Positions 48,173 to 58,239 of a stretch of 64,000 nucleotides of DNA are shown here, piece by piece. Numbering within the stretch: the stretch's first letter is position 1; every line of letters starts with the position of its first letter. Below the pieces are notes generated by a model. That model was given only the letters and a program-made list of their open reading frames with translations. It was not told the origin of the DNA and ran no database searches. The position numbers and the translations under genes were made by a program. Source of the DNA: Promethearchaeota archaeon (GTDB taxonomy: Archaea; Asgardarchaeota; Lokiarchaeia; Sigyniarchaeales; SOKP01); NCBI GenBank assembly GCA_016839705.1, contig JAEOTR010000060.1, positions 32,001-96,000 on the forward strand. Reading direction: 5' to 3'.

Positions 48173-48487
48173 TTCAATCCAGAATAGAATTTTTACGTCT
48201 TCTCTTGAAATTAAAATTTTTTTATACTTTTTTCAGTAAGGTAAATATTTAAATACTAAATTAATTACAGTAAGAAGTGAAGAAACAAGTAAATTTAATG
48301 CAAAAACAAAACAATTATAATATTAGTTTTTCAATCTGAGAAACTAAATCTTCTTAAAAATCTGGAAAAAAAAGAATTTATATTCTTATTTTATTTTAAA
48401 GATTAATGAGTAAAAAAGTAAAAGAGTGCGTTTAAAATTTCATCAAAAGAAGAAGGAAAGATAAAACAAGGTACGATCGCAGAATAT

Positions 48488-51400
48488 ATGCGAAAGAGAA
48501 CCCAATTAGTTGGATTTGAATACGGTTATTGGAAACATGTTCAATACTGTGCTGAATTTATTGATAATGCACTTGATGCAATAGAAAGCTTCCAATGGAA
48601 AGAATTAAGAAAACCAGATTCAAAAGTTAAATTTTCTCTTGACCAAGAACTATTTTTGGAGAAGTTCTCGATTGTAGAAGCTGCAAAAGAGGAAAAAAGG
48701 ACTCAACACTTAAATAATGAGGCAAAACATACTCTAATGCGAGAATTAGGGATAGAAACATCTAAATCAGAGCAAAATTCTGTTTTGAATTTAGAAGTAA
48801 AAGATGAGGAATCTGGGGAGATTATTGACAAAGAAGAATTAGAAGTGGAAGAAGAAGTAAAAAGGATTATTGATGACATGCAAGAAATCATTAAACCCGT
48901 AGAAAATATAATTGACGTGGAACCGATAGTTATTGTTCGAATTAGAGAATATGAAGCACCATCATTTTTAACGTCTGAAATAAGTCAAAAAAATGTTATG
49001 AGCTTTATTTTTGAGATATTTGATAATGGAACTGGAATGTCGAAAATTGATTTAAGAAAATTTGGGAAATATCTTGCTTCATCAAAATCACTGGAATTAA
49101 AACAAACAAGAGGTAGTCAAGGTTTTGGATCTCCAAGCGCCTTTAGCGATGCACAAAACACAACTGGAAAGCCAATTGTAGCTGTTTCGAAGTCTGCGGA
49201 AAATGTTTATGCCACCGTTAGTGAATTTTTTACTACCTCTAAAAATGAGAAGAAATATTTAATTCACCCATCCGATATAGATAGTCCATTTTTACATGGA
49301 ACATACATTAAATTAAATTATTTAAATGTTAAATATGTTAGAGGGTATGTTGAGAAGTATATTGAAGAAACCGCCTTTATGAACCCTCATATTACTGTTA
49401 TTTATATTGATCCATACGGAAAAGAAAAAATTTATCGCCGATTGGCGTCTTATTTTCCAAACGAGCCTAGATATGCAAAACCTCATCCCTCATCGGTTAA
49501 TATTGGTGATCTCCAGGATTTAATCTCAAAATCTGAAAACAAATCAATCTCAGCATTCTTAAAAGAAAATTTTGTAAGGATTACGTCAAAAACAGCTAAG
49601 GAAATTATTGATCTAGCTGAAAAAAACCTTCAGGATAAATTTAATCTTTTGATTCTTAAAGAGGGATTTGTTAATAAGATTCAAAAAAAAGGAGAAAAAA
49701 TCCAGTTTTTAAAATTTGAAAAAAGAGTGTTTGGGCGTTCAACTAAACCAAGAGATAAACTAATAATTTATGAACTTAATTCTGAGGAACTTATTGAAAA
49801 TTATTGGAATATAATACAAAAGTACATAAAAATTGATAAGGATCAAGAAAAAATCAATAAAGAAATCAAAAAAGTCAATATACGAATAGAACAAGTTGAA
49901 ACTCAAAAGGATAAAAAGAATCTGGAAAAGGAACTAAAAGTATTATTTAAAAAAATTGATGAAATTAAATCTGGAAAGGAAAAAATTAAACTAGAATTGG
50001 ATAATTTATTTAAAACGAATAAATCGGGATTAATTGAATTAAAAAAACTCACAAATCGAAGTGATTTTGAAGATTTAATAAGAGAAGTAGATTTATCTAA
50101 AGCGAAACCAAGCGATATTACAAAAGAGCAATTTAATTCACTTTTCTTTGCATTTAAATCAATTAAATACATGGCACCGCCAACCGATACGGCCATTCCT
50201 GTTGGAGAATTGATTTTGGAAAATACTTTAATAAAAGAAATCGGGCTTAAAATATCCGTAGATATTGATAATTTTGATATACCAATAGAAAATATTAATA
50301 AAACTATTGATATTATATCTGAAGAGAAGAAAAAAATTTTAAATGATGAAGATTCCAAGAGGGATTCTGAAACTAGTAAAAGTATTACTGTTCAATCAGA
50401 AGAAATCATTAATCTTAATTCTGACATATTAAGAGATGTTAATATAATCGATGAGAGGATAGAAGATCAACAGATAAAACAAATATTCGAAGATCTTATA
50501 GGAATTTCTGAAGTTGAATCAGTTGATAATTATGGGGATGTATTTGAATATTTTATTGAAAATTATACAAAAGATGATGATTTTGTCTCAGCAGAGACAA
50601 GAACACCTACTAGTGGAAAGGGATTAGCATATGTTGTTGAAGCTGTTTTGGCTTACTCAAGAAATATTGAAGTTCCAAAACGTTCAAGAGATGTATTGTC
50701 TAGATTTGTGAATAGAACACCCAAGTTAAGAGATAGTGCTGATTGTGCAATCACAAAAGCAGTTCAATCAGTAAACTGGAAAAATTACAATCTTGAGAGC
50801 TATGATAATGGTTTACCAAAAGGTCCTATAAAATTACTCGTAAACGTTTCTGGGCCATTTGTACATTTAATGTTTAAATCTCAATCAAAAAATGCTTTAG
50901 CTGATGATGAAGATTTAATAAAAGAAATGAAATATTGCCTCGAGGCAATAGGAAGAAGACTTCGAGTTTACATTAATCGAAAAGCGAATATTCATAGAAG
51001 TGAAAAGAGATCTAGTTTAATCGAAAAGTATATCCCCCGGTTCGCTGAAACCGTGTATAATATCGCCTCTAAGGGAGAGAGTAAATTTAAAGCAAGGCTT
51101 GATCTTAAAGAAATTGAAACATTAATGAGGGAGGCAATTGGGAAGAAATATATTCCACCTATTAAAAGAGATTTGAAACCCGAAAAACCTGAAATAGAAG
51201 AAGTTAAAGAGATACAAGAAGTTAAAGAAAAAGAAAAAGTACCAGAAGAAACAAAAATAATAGAGAAAGAAAAACCAGCAGAAAAAGAACAAATCTCTAA
51301 AATAGAAAAACGAGAACCCTTGATAGATGTAAAAAAAGAAGTTAAAACCCAAATTTCAAAACCGACAATTAAAAAAGCACCCAAAAAACCTATCACAAAA

Positions 51401-51634
51401 CCACCAGCTTCAAAACCAACATCTACTCAAATGACTCTACCAGTTATAACTACTGATGCGATTTTAAAAGTTTTATCCAATGATTGGCAAACAATTAAGC
51501 ATCTGATTTTTAAACTAAAAATTAAAGATATGATGGATGCAAGATATCTCCAACTGAAACTCAAAGAATTAGAACGTAAAGGAGAAGTGTTAGTAGAACT
51601 AAAAATGGGAAGAAAGCATTGGAAATTGAAATAG
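48488..51634 (+). CDS. top6B: DNA topoisomerase VI subunit B with large insertions (true start likely upstream)
   Basis: EFIDNALDA, DNGTG, QTRGSQGFG, HGT, KPHP, RFVNRTP; conserved TIAEY lies upstream of ATG 48488. Confidence 0.93.
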   Translation: MRKRTQLVGFEYGYWKHVQYCAEFIDNALDAIESFQWKELRKPDSKVKFSLDQELFLEKFSIVEAAKEEKRTQHLNNEAKHTLMRELGIETSKSEQNSVLNLEVKDEESGEIIDKEELEVEEEVKRIIDDMQEIIKPVENIIDVEPIVIVRIREYEAPSFLTSEISQKNVMSFIFEIFDNGTGMSKIDLRKFGKYLASSKSLELKQTRGSQGFGSPSAFSDAQNTTGKPIVAVSKSAENVYATVSEFFTTSKNEKKYLIHPSDIDSPFLHGTYIKLNYLNVKYVRGYVEKYIEETAFMNPHITVIYIDPYGKEKIYRRLASYFPNEPRYAKPHPSSVNIGDLQDLISKSENKSISAFLKENFVRITSKTAKEIIDLAEKNLQDKFNLLILKEGFVNKIQKKGEKIQFLKFEKRVFGRSTKPRDKLIIYELNSEELIENYWNIIQKYIKIDKDQEKINKEIKKVNIRIEQVETQKDKKNLEKELKVLFKKIDEIKSGKEKIKLELDNLFKTNKSGLIELKKLTNRSDFEDLIREVDLSKAKPSDITKEQFNSLFFAFKSIKYMAPPTDTAIPVGELILENTLIKEIGLKISVDIDNFDIPIENINKTIDIISEEKKKILNDEDSKRDSETSKSITVQSEEIINLNSDILRDVNIIDERIEDQQIKQIFEDLIGISEVESVDNYGDVFEYFIENYTKDDDFVSAETRTPTSGKGLAYVVEAVLAYSRNIEVPKRSRDVLSRFVNRTPKLRDSADCAITKAVQSVNWKNYNLESYDNGLPKGPIKLLVNVSGPFVHLMFKSQSKNALADDEDLIKEMKYCLEAIGRRLRVYINRKANIHRSEKRSSLIEKYIPRFAETVYNIASKGESKFKARLDLKEIETLMREAIGKKYIPPIKRDLKPEKPEIEEVKEIQEVKEKEKVPEETKIIEKEKPAEKEQISKIEKREPLIDVKKEVKTQISKPTIKKAPKKPITKPPASKPTSTQMTLPVITTDAILKVLSNDWQTIKHLIFKLKIKDMMDARYLQLKLKELERKGEVLVELKMGRKHWKLK

Positions 51635-51635
51635 G

Positions 51636-52835
51636 GTGAACAATTTAATGGCAAAAAAGCAAAATAGTAAAGAATTAGACTTACGGGCAGCAAAGGAACT
51701 TTATATTGAATATTTAGAAAAGGGAAGAGTAAAAAAAGATATCACTCTTCCTCCTGAAACTGTAAAAATTGATGATCTTAATAGGAGAGAAACTCTCAAC
51801 AGATTATATAAATTGGTTGACGATGTTCTTGAAAAAATTTATAATACTGGAAGACCTTCAATCGAGTTACCTTCTAGATCAGGAGCGAATATAATATGGG
51901 ATGAAGAAAATGATTTGTTACTCCTTGGTAGACAAATTATGGAAAAACAATTCCATACTTTAACAAGCGTTGCGGACATAACAAGATTAATGCGTGTACT
52001 AGAAGTTGTAAATGAATTACTTAATGAAGATATTCATGCTACAAAAAGGGAGGTTTTCTATACTGATGTAAATTTATTTCAAGAACAAAAAAATAGCGAT
52101 AAAAGTATTGAAGATGTAGCAACAATGCTATATACAACAAGAAACTCTACCCATATAGTAGCGGCTCCAAAAGGTACTTGTGTAGGTAGATTAAGAATTC
52201 GGGATAGAAATGATATAATCGACTTAGAAGGACTGGGGAGTGGAGGATGGACAATCTCACCAATGTTAGACAACATTGATATAATTGAATCAGACGCAGA
52301 ATTCATACTTGTAATAGAGAAAGATGCAGCAATGATGCGTTTAGCAGAAGCAAGATTTTGGAGGAAATATCCTTGTATACTCTTAACAGCTCAAGGAGTT
52401 GGAAATGTAGCCGTTCGAATGTTTTTAAAAAGGTTAAGTAAAGAATTAAACCTTCCAGTATTCAGTTTAGTTGATAGTGATCCCTATGGTCATTACATTC
52501 ATTCAGTCTATTTGAGGGGATCTAAAAGATTGAGTTATGAATCTCCATTTCTTGCAACCCCAAATATAAAACTATTAGGAGTGTTAACGAGAGATTTAGA
52601 TGAGTATAAAATTCCTCAAGAAGTGAGGATAAAAATGAATAAACAGGATGAAAAACGTACTAAAGATTTGCTAAGCGAGGATTTTGTCAAGAAGAATAGA
52701 GCTTGGGAAACTGATCTTAAACTTGCACTTAAACTTAAAATAAAAGCAGAAATACAAGCATTTGCTTCTCATGGATTTAAATTTTTAACTGACAGGTACC
52801 TACCTGAAAAACTTACAACAGGTGATTGGATATAA
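51636..52835 (+). CDS. top6A: DNA topoisomerase VI subunit A (Spo11 family)
   Basis: TKREVFY catalytic Tyr, VIEKDA, LVDSDPYG, KAEIQA. Confidence 0.96.
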   Translation: MNNLMAKKQNSKELDLRAAKELYIEYLEKGRVKKDITLPPETVKIDDLNRRETLNRLYKLVDDVLEKIYNTGRPSIELPSRSGANIIWDEENDLLLLGRQIMEKQFHTLTSVADITRLMRVLEVVNELLNEDIHATKREVFYTDVNLFQEQKNSDKSIEDVATMLYTTRNSTHIVAAPKGTCVGRLRIRDRNDIIDLEGLGSGGWTISPMLDNIDIIESDAEFILVIEKDAAMMRLAEARFWRKYPCILLTAQGVGNVAVRMFLKRLSKELNLPVFSLVDSDPYGHYIHSVYLRGSKRLSYESPFLATPNIKLLGVLTRDLDEYKIPQEVRIKMNKQDEKRTKDLLSEDFVKKNRAWETDLKLALKLKIKAEIQAFASHGFKFLTDRYLPEKLTTGDWI

Positions 52836-53344
52836 AGGTTTTTAAATTGAAAAATGGTGGAGTAGTACAATTAGCTGATAAGGAAAAAATGCAAGAATGG
52901 CCAATTGAATTACCGTTACTTTTTATTGAATATATAAAAAGTAAACAAATAGATAGTTATGGGAGTGCGAAAAGGGAGGTTGAGAAATATCTCGATGAAA
53001 TTTTAAAAGACGTTGCCATTCCTAGATTAATAGCTGTTTTGAGGGGAGATGATAATGAAGAAATTGTATTAGCTTTAACTCGTATTGAAGAAATTTCAAG
53101 AAAAAATGTAGACATGGCTAAACCAATAAGCAAATATCTTGGCGATCTCTTAAAGAAAAATGATAAAAATATAGTAAAACTAGCCAAAACTATTTCAGAC
53201 AATTTTGCTAAAGCAGAAAGAAAAGAAGAATTGGCGAAAAAAAGGAAAATAATGCGCGATAAAGAGAAACTGTTTTTGGAAGGAAAAATTAATGGGGAAG
53301 AATACGCTAAAGCTAGAAGAGAATATTTAACTTTAAAAGATTAA
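52826..53344 (+). CDS. hypothetical protein (HEAT-like helices, SHOCT-like C-terminus)
   Basis: AIPRLIAVL..ALTRIEEI; LFLEGKINGEEYAKARREYL. Confidence 0.7.
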   Translation: MDIKVFKLKNGGVVQLADKEKMQEWPIELPLLFIEYIKSKQIDSYGSAKREVEKYLDEILKDVAIPRLIAVLRGDDNEEIVLALTRIEEISRKNVDMAKPISKYLGDLLKKNDKNIVKLAKTISDNFAKAERKEELAKKRKIMRDKEKLFLEGKINGEEYAKARREYLTLKD

Positions 53345-53355
53345 TTTTAATTCTT

Positions 53356-54036
53356 ATGAACGGGGAATTTGATAAGGATAATTTTTATCAGTTTATATTT
53401 AAAAACAAAATAATTGGATTTTTTGAAGAACCGATTAAATTAAAATCTGGTAGACTCTCATATTGGTATGTAAATTGGAGAAATATATCAGAAGATGTAT
53501 TCTTACTCGATAAGTTATGTGATTACATCTTACAGTTTATCAATCATCTAGATTTATCCCCAGATTGTTTTTATGGGGTACCAGAGGGTGCTACTAAATT
53601 GGGTATAATTACGCAATTTAAATGGGCTAAAAGTCAGGAACATTATAACTCTGGAAGATTTAGATTATCAATGGGAAGAGGGAGACCAAAAGAACATGGG
53701 GATCCAAAAGACAGGTACTTTCTTGGTCAACCACAGGGAAAAGTAATAATTTTAGAGGATGTCATTACCACAGGTACATCTTTAATTGATAGTATTAAAA
53801 AATTAAAAGAATTAAATATAAATGTAATAGCTGCTATTGGTTTAACAAATCGAAACGAGTTGCGAAATGACGGTAAAAGTGTTGAAGAGGTCATTCTAAA
53901 AGTAGGTGTTAAGTTCTATACAATGAGCAATGCAATAGATCTCTTACCAGCTCTTAAACCAAATAAAAATATTGCTTCAAAAATTGAAGCCTACTTTAAG
54001 AAGTATGGGACTAAAGATATCAAAATGTCCTATTGA
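53356..54036 (+). CDS. pyrE: orotate phosphoribosyltransferase
   Basis: LKSGRLS.WYVN, R.KEHG, PRPP motif ILEDVITTGTS. Confidence 0.88.
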   Translation: MNGEFDKDNFYQFIFKNKIIGFFEEPIKLKSGRLSYWYVNWRNISEDVFLLDKLCDYILQFINHLDLSPDCFYGVPEGATKLGIITQFKWAKSQEHYNSGRFRLSMGRGRPKEHGDPKDRYFLGQPQGKVIILEDVITTGTSLIDSIKKLKELNINVIAAIGLTNRNELRNDGKSVEEVILKVGVKFYTMSNAIDLLPALKPNKNIASKIEAYFKKYGTKDIKMSY

Positions 54037-54071
54037 TTTAAAGGATTAAAGATCTAAAAGGATACTTATTC

Positions 54072-54644
54072 TTATTCACTATTTATAAAAAAATCTCTCC
54101 AATTTTTAATAATTTTAAAAAATATGTCAAATAATAACTTCTCGGATATCGTAAGTCGTCTTTCATCATCTAAAGATAATTCTGTTTTTGCTAATTTTAA
54201 TAACTTAAATAGTCGATTATCAACTATACTTGTTGAATAAGAATTATACCTATCTAAATTAATTTGAGGTATATTCTTGTTTTTAATATCATTCTTCATG
54301 AATTGCTTGAATACTTTAATCTTATTCAAGAAAAAGTTATCCTCAGTTTGGATTAATTTCTGATCATCTCTTTCACTTATAGCATACCTCTGCACGTCAA
54401 CATTATCACATTTTTCAGATTGGCTAATTTCTAAAACTTCATTAATAATAAAGGGAATTGCAGAAAACAACTTAATCTTATATTTTTTTCCCTTCTCATA
54501 AGGCCCAAAAGATTCACCTAACAATGTAAATCCATCATAACTCTTTACACATTCAGTAGTAATTTTTTCATTTTTAAACATAAAATTTATTCTTTTAAGG
54601 GAATAGGTTAACTGTCCTCCTAGGTCTTCCATTATTTTTCTCAC
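54072..54644 (-). CDS. GINS subunit (Gins23/Psf2-like B-A arrangement)
   Basis: FGPYEKG...LFSA beta domain, then ER..L..NF+, R..KLLKLA, LT.SE. Confidence 0.75.
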   Translation of the reverse strand: MRKIMEDLGGQLTYSLKRINFMFKNEKITTECVKSYDGFTLLGESFGPYEKGKKYKIKLFSAIPFIINEVLEISQSEKCDNVDVQRYAISERDDQKLIQTEDNFFLNKIKVFKQFMKNDIKNKNIPQINLDRYNSYSTSIVDNRLFKLLKLAKTELSLDDERRLTISEKLLFDIFFKIIKNWRDFFINSE

Positions 54645-54739
54645 CAGATTTATTAAACTATAAAAACTTTATATATTATACAAACGTACTACAAGAGAAA
54701 TAAACTTAATATTAATTTATTAATATTTTAAAAAAGTTT

Positions 54740-57700
54740 GTGAAGATTTTGATTATAGAAATTATCCTACTAATAATTTTCCTAATATTTTTCGCAATTG
54801 GATTCTATATTATTTATAGACAAGTTGCTCTAGTAAAAAAAGGGGAATTCAGTAACAAAGATCGGCTTCAGTGTGTTATTTACGGTTTCATTTTTAGTTT
54901 AGCTATAATGGTAGTCATCGCTGTAGCATTTATTTTTGCTGTAGAATTATGGGGTACAACACCCATAGAAGTTAATCCTTTGATTTTGCTAATACCTTTT
55001 GTTTTTAGTTTAATATATATCTCATTCTATCCTCTTATAGATTTTCTTTTTATTGCTTTGAGTAAAGAATCCGACGAAGGATTAACTCCATTTCACAAAT
55101 TCATTAGTATTAAAATAATTAATAGACTCGAAAAGACACCATTGAAAATATTGATCGCTATTACTTTTTATGTTTTTGTATTCTTTCTGCCACCTTTTCT
55201 CCTATCTATTATTGGTTTACCTTTTATAATGATTTGGGTAACTTGGGTGTTATTTTATCCTTTAATGATTTTAACTTTCTATGGCTCAAAAGGATATATT
55301 GCAGGAATATCAAATGCTTTTTATCACATCCCAAATATAAATAGATCAATATTTATTAATTTTGAAGATCCGAAAAGAGGAGTAAAACAATTTCTTTCAG
55401 ATCCCGGTCCTTATATTATTTTAGGATTAATGATATTCGTGTTTGTATGGGCATGGATTTCCCTCTTTCAGACAATTGCCTTTTTTTTTACCGGGAAATT
55501 AGCTATTTCAACAATGTCTTCCTATTTTGTTTTTGTAACATTAATATTCGGAATACTGGGATATTTTACTCGTTTTTGGGGGAGAAAAATAAAATATCGC
55601 GGAATAGATATTTACTTTGCAGCCTACCTTATGGCTTCGATTGTTATTAATGTGCTTGTTAACTTTTTGATTGTCAATCGTGAAAACTTATCTGAGGCTT
55701 TTAGCATATGGATTGTAACAAGCCAAATAGTTCCCAACTATTTAAAATTTGCATTCGCAGCGGTAATTGAAGAAATTGTATTAATAATTTTTACATCTTA
55801 TTTCTTTTTAGCAAGAAATAATAAATTTCTAAAAAATATTCGATATTCCAAAATTACAGAATGTGGTCAAACATTTGATCCAATTCCTTTGTTTAATTTT
55901 ATAAAAAACCGTGATCCTGACATAAGGAAACATGCAGAAGATACTTTGTTTTTTATGTTTGAAAGAATTCCTCTTAAACCTGAAATAGATCTTAATAATT
56001 GGAAATATAGAAATGCAATAATGGATGGTTTGTGTGATCAAAATCCCAAATCAAAAAGAATTTGTTATAAGATTTTAGTTCAATTAGAAGAAGATGTTCC
56101 AGAAATAACCTTACCTTGGATAATCGAATCACTTAATTCCCCGAATTATGATAGAAATATTCCCATCCTAAAATCCCTTCTAGAGATAAAAATCGACGTT
56201 CTTGATGAATTACCATATTATCTATATATAAATCTATTGAATGACGCAGATTGGAGAATAAAATTGTTGGGATTGAAATTATTAACACGTTTATTAAAAA
56301 AAAATAGTGCAATTGCTTCAAAAATAAATTTTGATAACTTAGTAAATGACCCTAATTATCAAATTCAGGTAGAACTCCTTAATATCTTTTCAGAAATTCC
56401 TCGTAAACTCCCTGAAGAGATAATTTTGGAGAAAATATTTCATAGCAATAAAGAAATAAGTGCTGCGGCTATAAAAAACTTGAAATTTCTAAAAAATATT
56501 GATTTTAATAGTAAATTTGTATCAAAAATCATTCATTTAATGGAAGATCCATCAAGTTTAGTAAGAGCTTCAATTTTTGAAATTTTGGGAAGGATAGGGA
56601 ATTTTAAGAAAAGTAAAATTCCAATCTTGCCTCTCCTCGAGGGATTGATTGATCTTGATGAGAATGTGAGAAAATCCGCAGCAAATGCACTAGAAAAATA
56701 TTATAATGAAGAACCTAAATTGTTAGATTTAGATGGCATTATAAGTAAAATTGACCCAAACAATGTTGAAATATTAAATAGTATATTATCTTTACTGGGG
56801 AGATTATGGGAAAAAAATCCCGAAAAAATCTTAACAACATTACTAGTTTTTATAAAATTCGAAAATACTCAATTAAAACAACTTATCTCAGATATTTTAA
56901 TAGAGAAATATAAAGAATATCCAGATTTAATACTTCAAAATTTAATAAAAATTCCTGATGACTCTGGATATATAACAAAAGGGATTGTTGCTAAAACACT
57001 TATCAATATTGGTAAAAATGATCCAAAGAATATTATTCAGAAATTAATACTTTTTCTTGAAAATGAGAATAATGAGATTAAACTCAATTCAATTATTTCT
57101 TTAGATGGATTAGTAGAAGAATTTCAGGATGGTCTTAATGTTAAACCTATTATTAATTTAATCCAAAGTAATGAAAGCAATCAAATAAAAAAGGAAGCTT
57201 CGAAACTTACTTCAAGAATTGCTAATAAAGATCCCAGACTGATACAACCATTAATACCTGAACTTATTAATTCATTAACTGAACAGGAATCATCTGTAAG
57301 AATCGTTCTGTTTAAATCAATATTAGAGATCTCAAAATCTTCACCTGATATAATCCCGATTCAGACAATTTCTAATTTCCTTTCAGATTCTGATTCATTC
57401 ATACGTGAAATAAGTACAAAAATACTAGGTAATATAGGATATAAAAGACCTATGATTGTAGCCGATAATATTATTAAGATTGCGTTAGTAGATGAGGATT
57501 GGATTGTTAGGGAGGCAGCGGTTTCGAGTCTGGGAGCTATTATTGATCATTTAGAAGATAAGAAAAGAATTATTGAAAAACTCACAGTCTTACTCGATGG
57601 TGAACAGGGTTGGGTTAGGCGATCAGCTCTTATGATATTATCAAAAATTGAGGAAGTAGATGAAACTTATGTACCTTTCAATAAACTTCTAAATTGTTTA

Positions 57701-58078
57701 ATTAATGAAGATCCTAAGGTAAGGGAAGCAGCAGTTGGGTTGTTAAAGATTTATAGTAGCAATATTGAAGAAATCTTTGATAACATTGTAGAATTATTAG
57801 GTGATCATGAAAAGGAAGTAAGAACAGGCATAATCAATAGTATAGTAAATATAATACAAGAAGTAGGACTAAACCAAATTTTATCAAAGCTTTTAAAGAA
57901 TTTAAGTGATACAGGATCTATTGAGATTCAGCGTTCGATATCATTGATTTTAGGAAGAACAGCAAAATATGAAAATGAAAAAATAAAGAAACGTGTGATA
58001 TCAGTCTTGAAAATTAGATGTGAGATGAGCCAAGATCCAATAATATGTGGTACCCTTCAACAATTGAAAGAAAGTTAA
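54740..58078 (+). CDS. polytopic membrane protein fused to HEAT repeats
   Basis: About 360 aa of multi-TM sequence followed by many L..D....VR..A...LG repeats. Confidence 0.85.
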   Translation: MKILIIEIILLIIFLIFFAIGFYIIYRQVALVKKGEFSNKDRLQCVIYGFIFSLAIMVVIAVAFIFAVELWGTTPIEVNPLILLIPFVFSLIYISFYPLIDFLFIALSKESDEGLTPFHKFISIKIINRLEKTPLKILIAITFYVFVFFLPPFLLSIIGLPFIMIWVTWVLFYPLMILTFYGSKGYIAGISNAFYHIPNINRSIFINFEDPKRGVKQFLSDPGPYIILGLMIFVFVWAWISLFQTIAFFFTGKLAISTMSSYFVFVTLIFGILGYFTRFWGRKIKYRGIDIYFAAYLMASIVINVLVNFLIVNRENLSEAFSIWIVTSQIVPNYLKFAFAAVIEEIVLIIFTSYFFLARNNKFLKNIRYSKITECGQTFDPIPLFNFIKNRDPDIRKHAEDTLFFMFERIPLKPEIDLNNWKYRNAIMDGLCDQNPKSKRICYKILVQLEEDVPEITLPWIIESLNSPNYDRNIPILKSLLEIKIDVLDELPYYLYINLLNDADWRIKLLGLKLLTRLLKKNSAIASKINFDNLVNDPNYQIQVELLNIFSEIPRKLPEEIILEKIFHSNKEISAAAIKNLKFLKNIDFNSKFVSKIIHLMEDPSSLVRASIFEILGRIGNFKKSKIPILPLLEGLIDLDENVRKSAANALEKYYNEEPKLLDLDGIISKIDPNNVEILNSILSLLGRLWEKNPEKILTTLLVFIKFENTQLKQLISDILIEKYKEYPDLILQNLIKIPDDSGYITKGIVAKTLINIGKNDPKNIIQKLILFLENENNEIKLNSIISLDGLVEEFQDGLNVKPIINLIQSNESNQIKKEASKLTSRIANKDPRLIQPLIPELINSLTEQESSVRIVLFKSILEISKSSPDIIPIQTISNFLSDSDSFIREISTKILGNIGYKRPMIVADNIIKIALVDEDWIVREAAVSSLGAIIDHLEDKKRIIEKLTVLLDGEQGWVRRSALMILSKIEEVDETYVPFNKLLNCLINEDPKVREAAVGLLKIYSSNIEEIFDNIVELLGDHEKEVRTGIINSIVNIIQEVGLNQILSKLLKNLSDTGSIEIQRSISLILGRTAKYENEKIKKRVISVLKIRCEMSQDPIICGTLQQLKES

Positions 58079-58239
58079 GAAATAAGTATAACTACTAAGT
58101 CTATTACTAAATCTTTTCTCTCACTCAATTTTTAAATTTGGAGTTTTATTCACTGTTTAATAACCTATCCCTTAATATTCATCATTAAAATAGCATAAAA
58201 TAAATTATTAAAATATTCGATTTATAAAAATAAGAGTGA

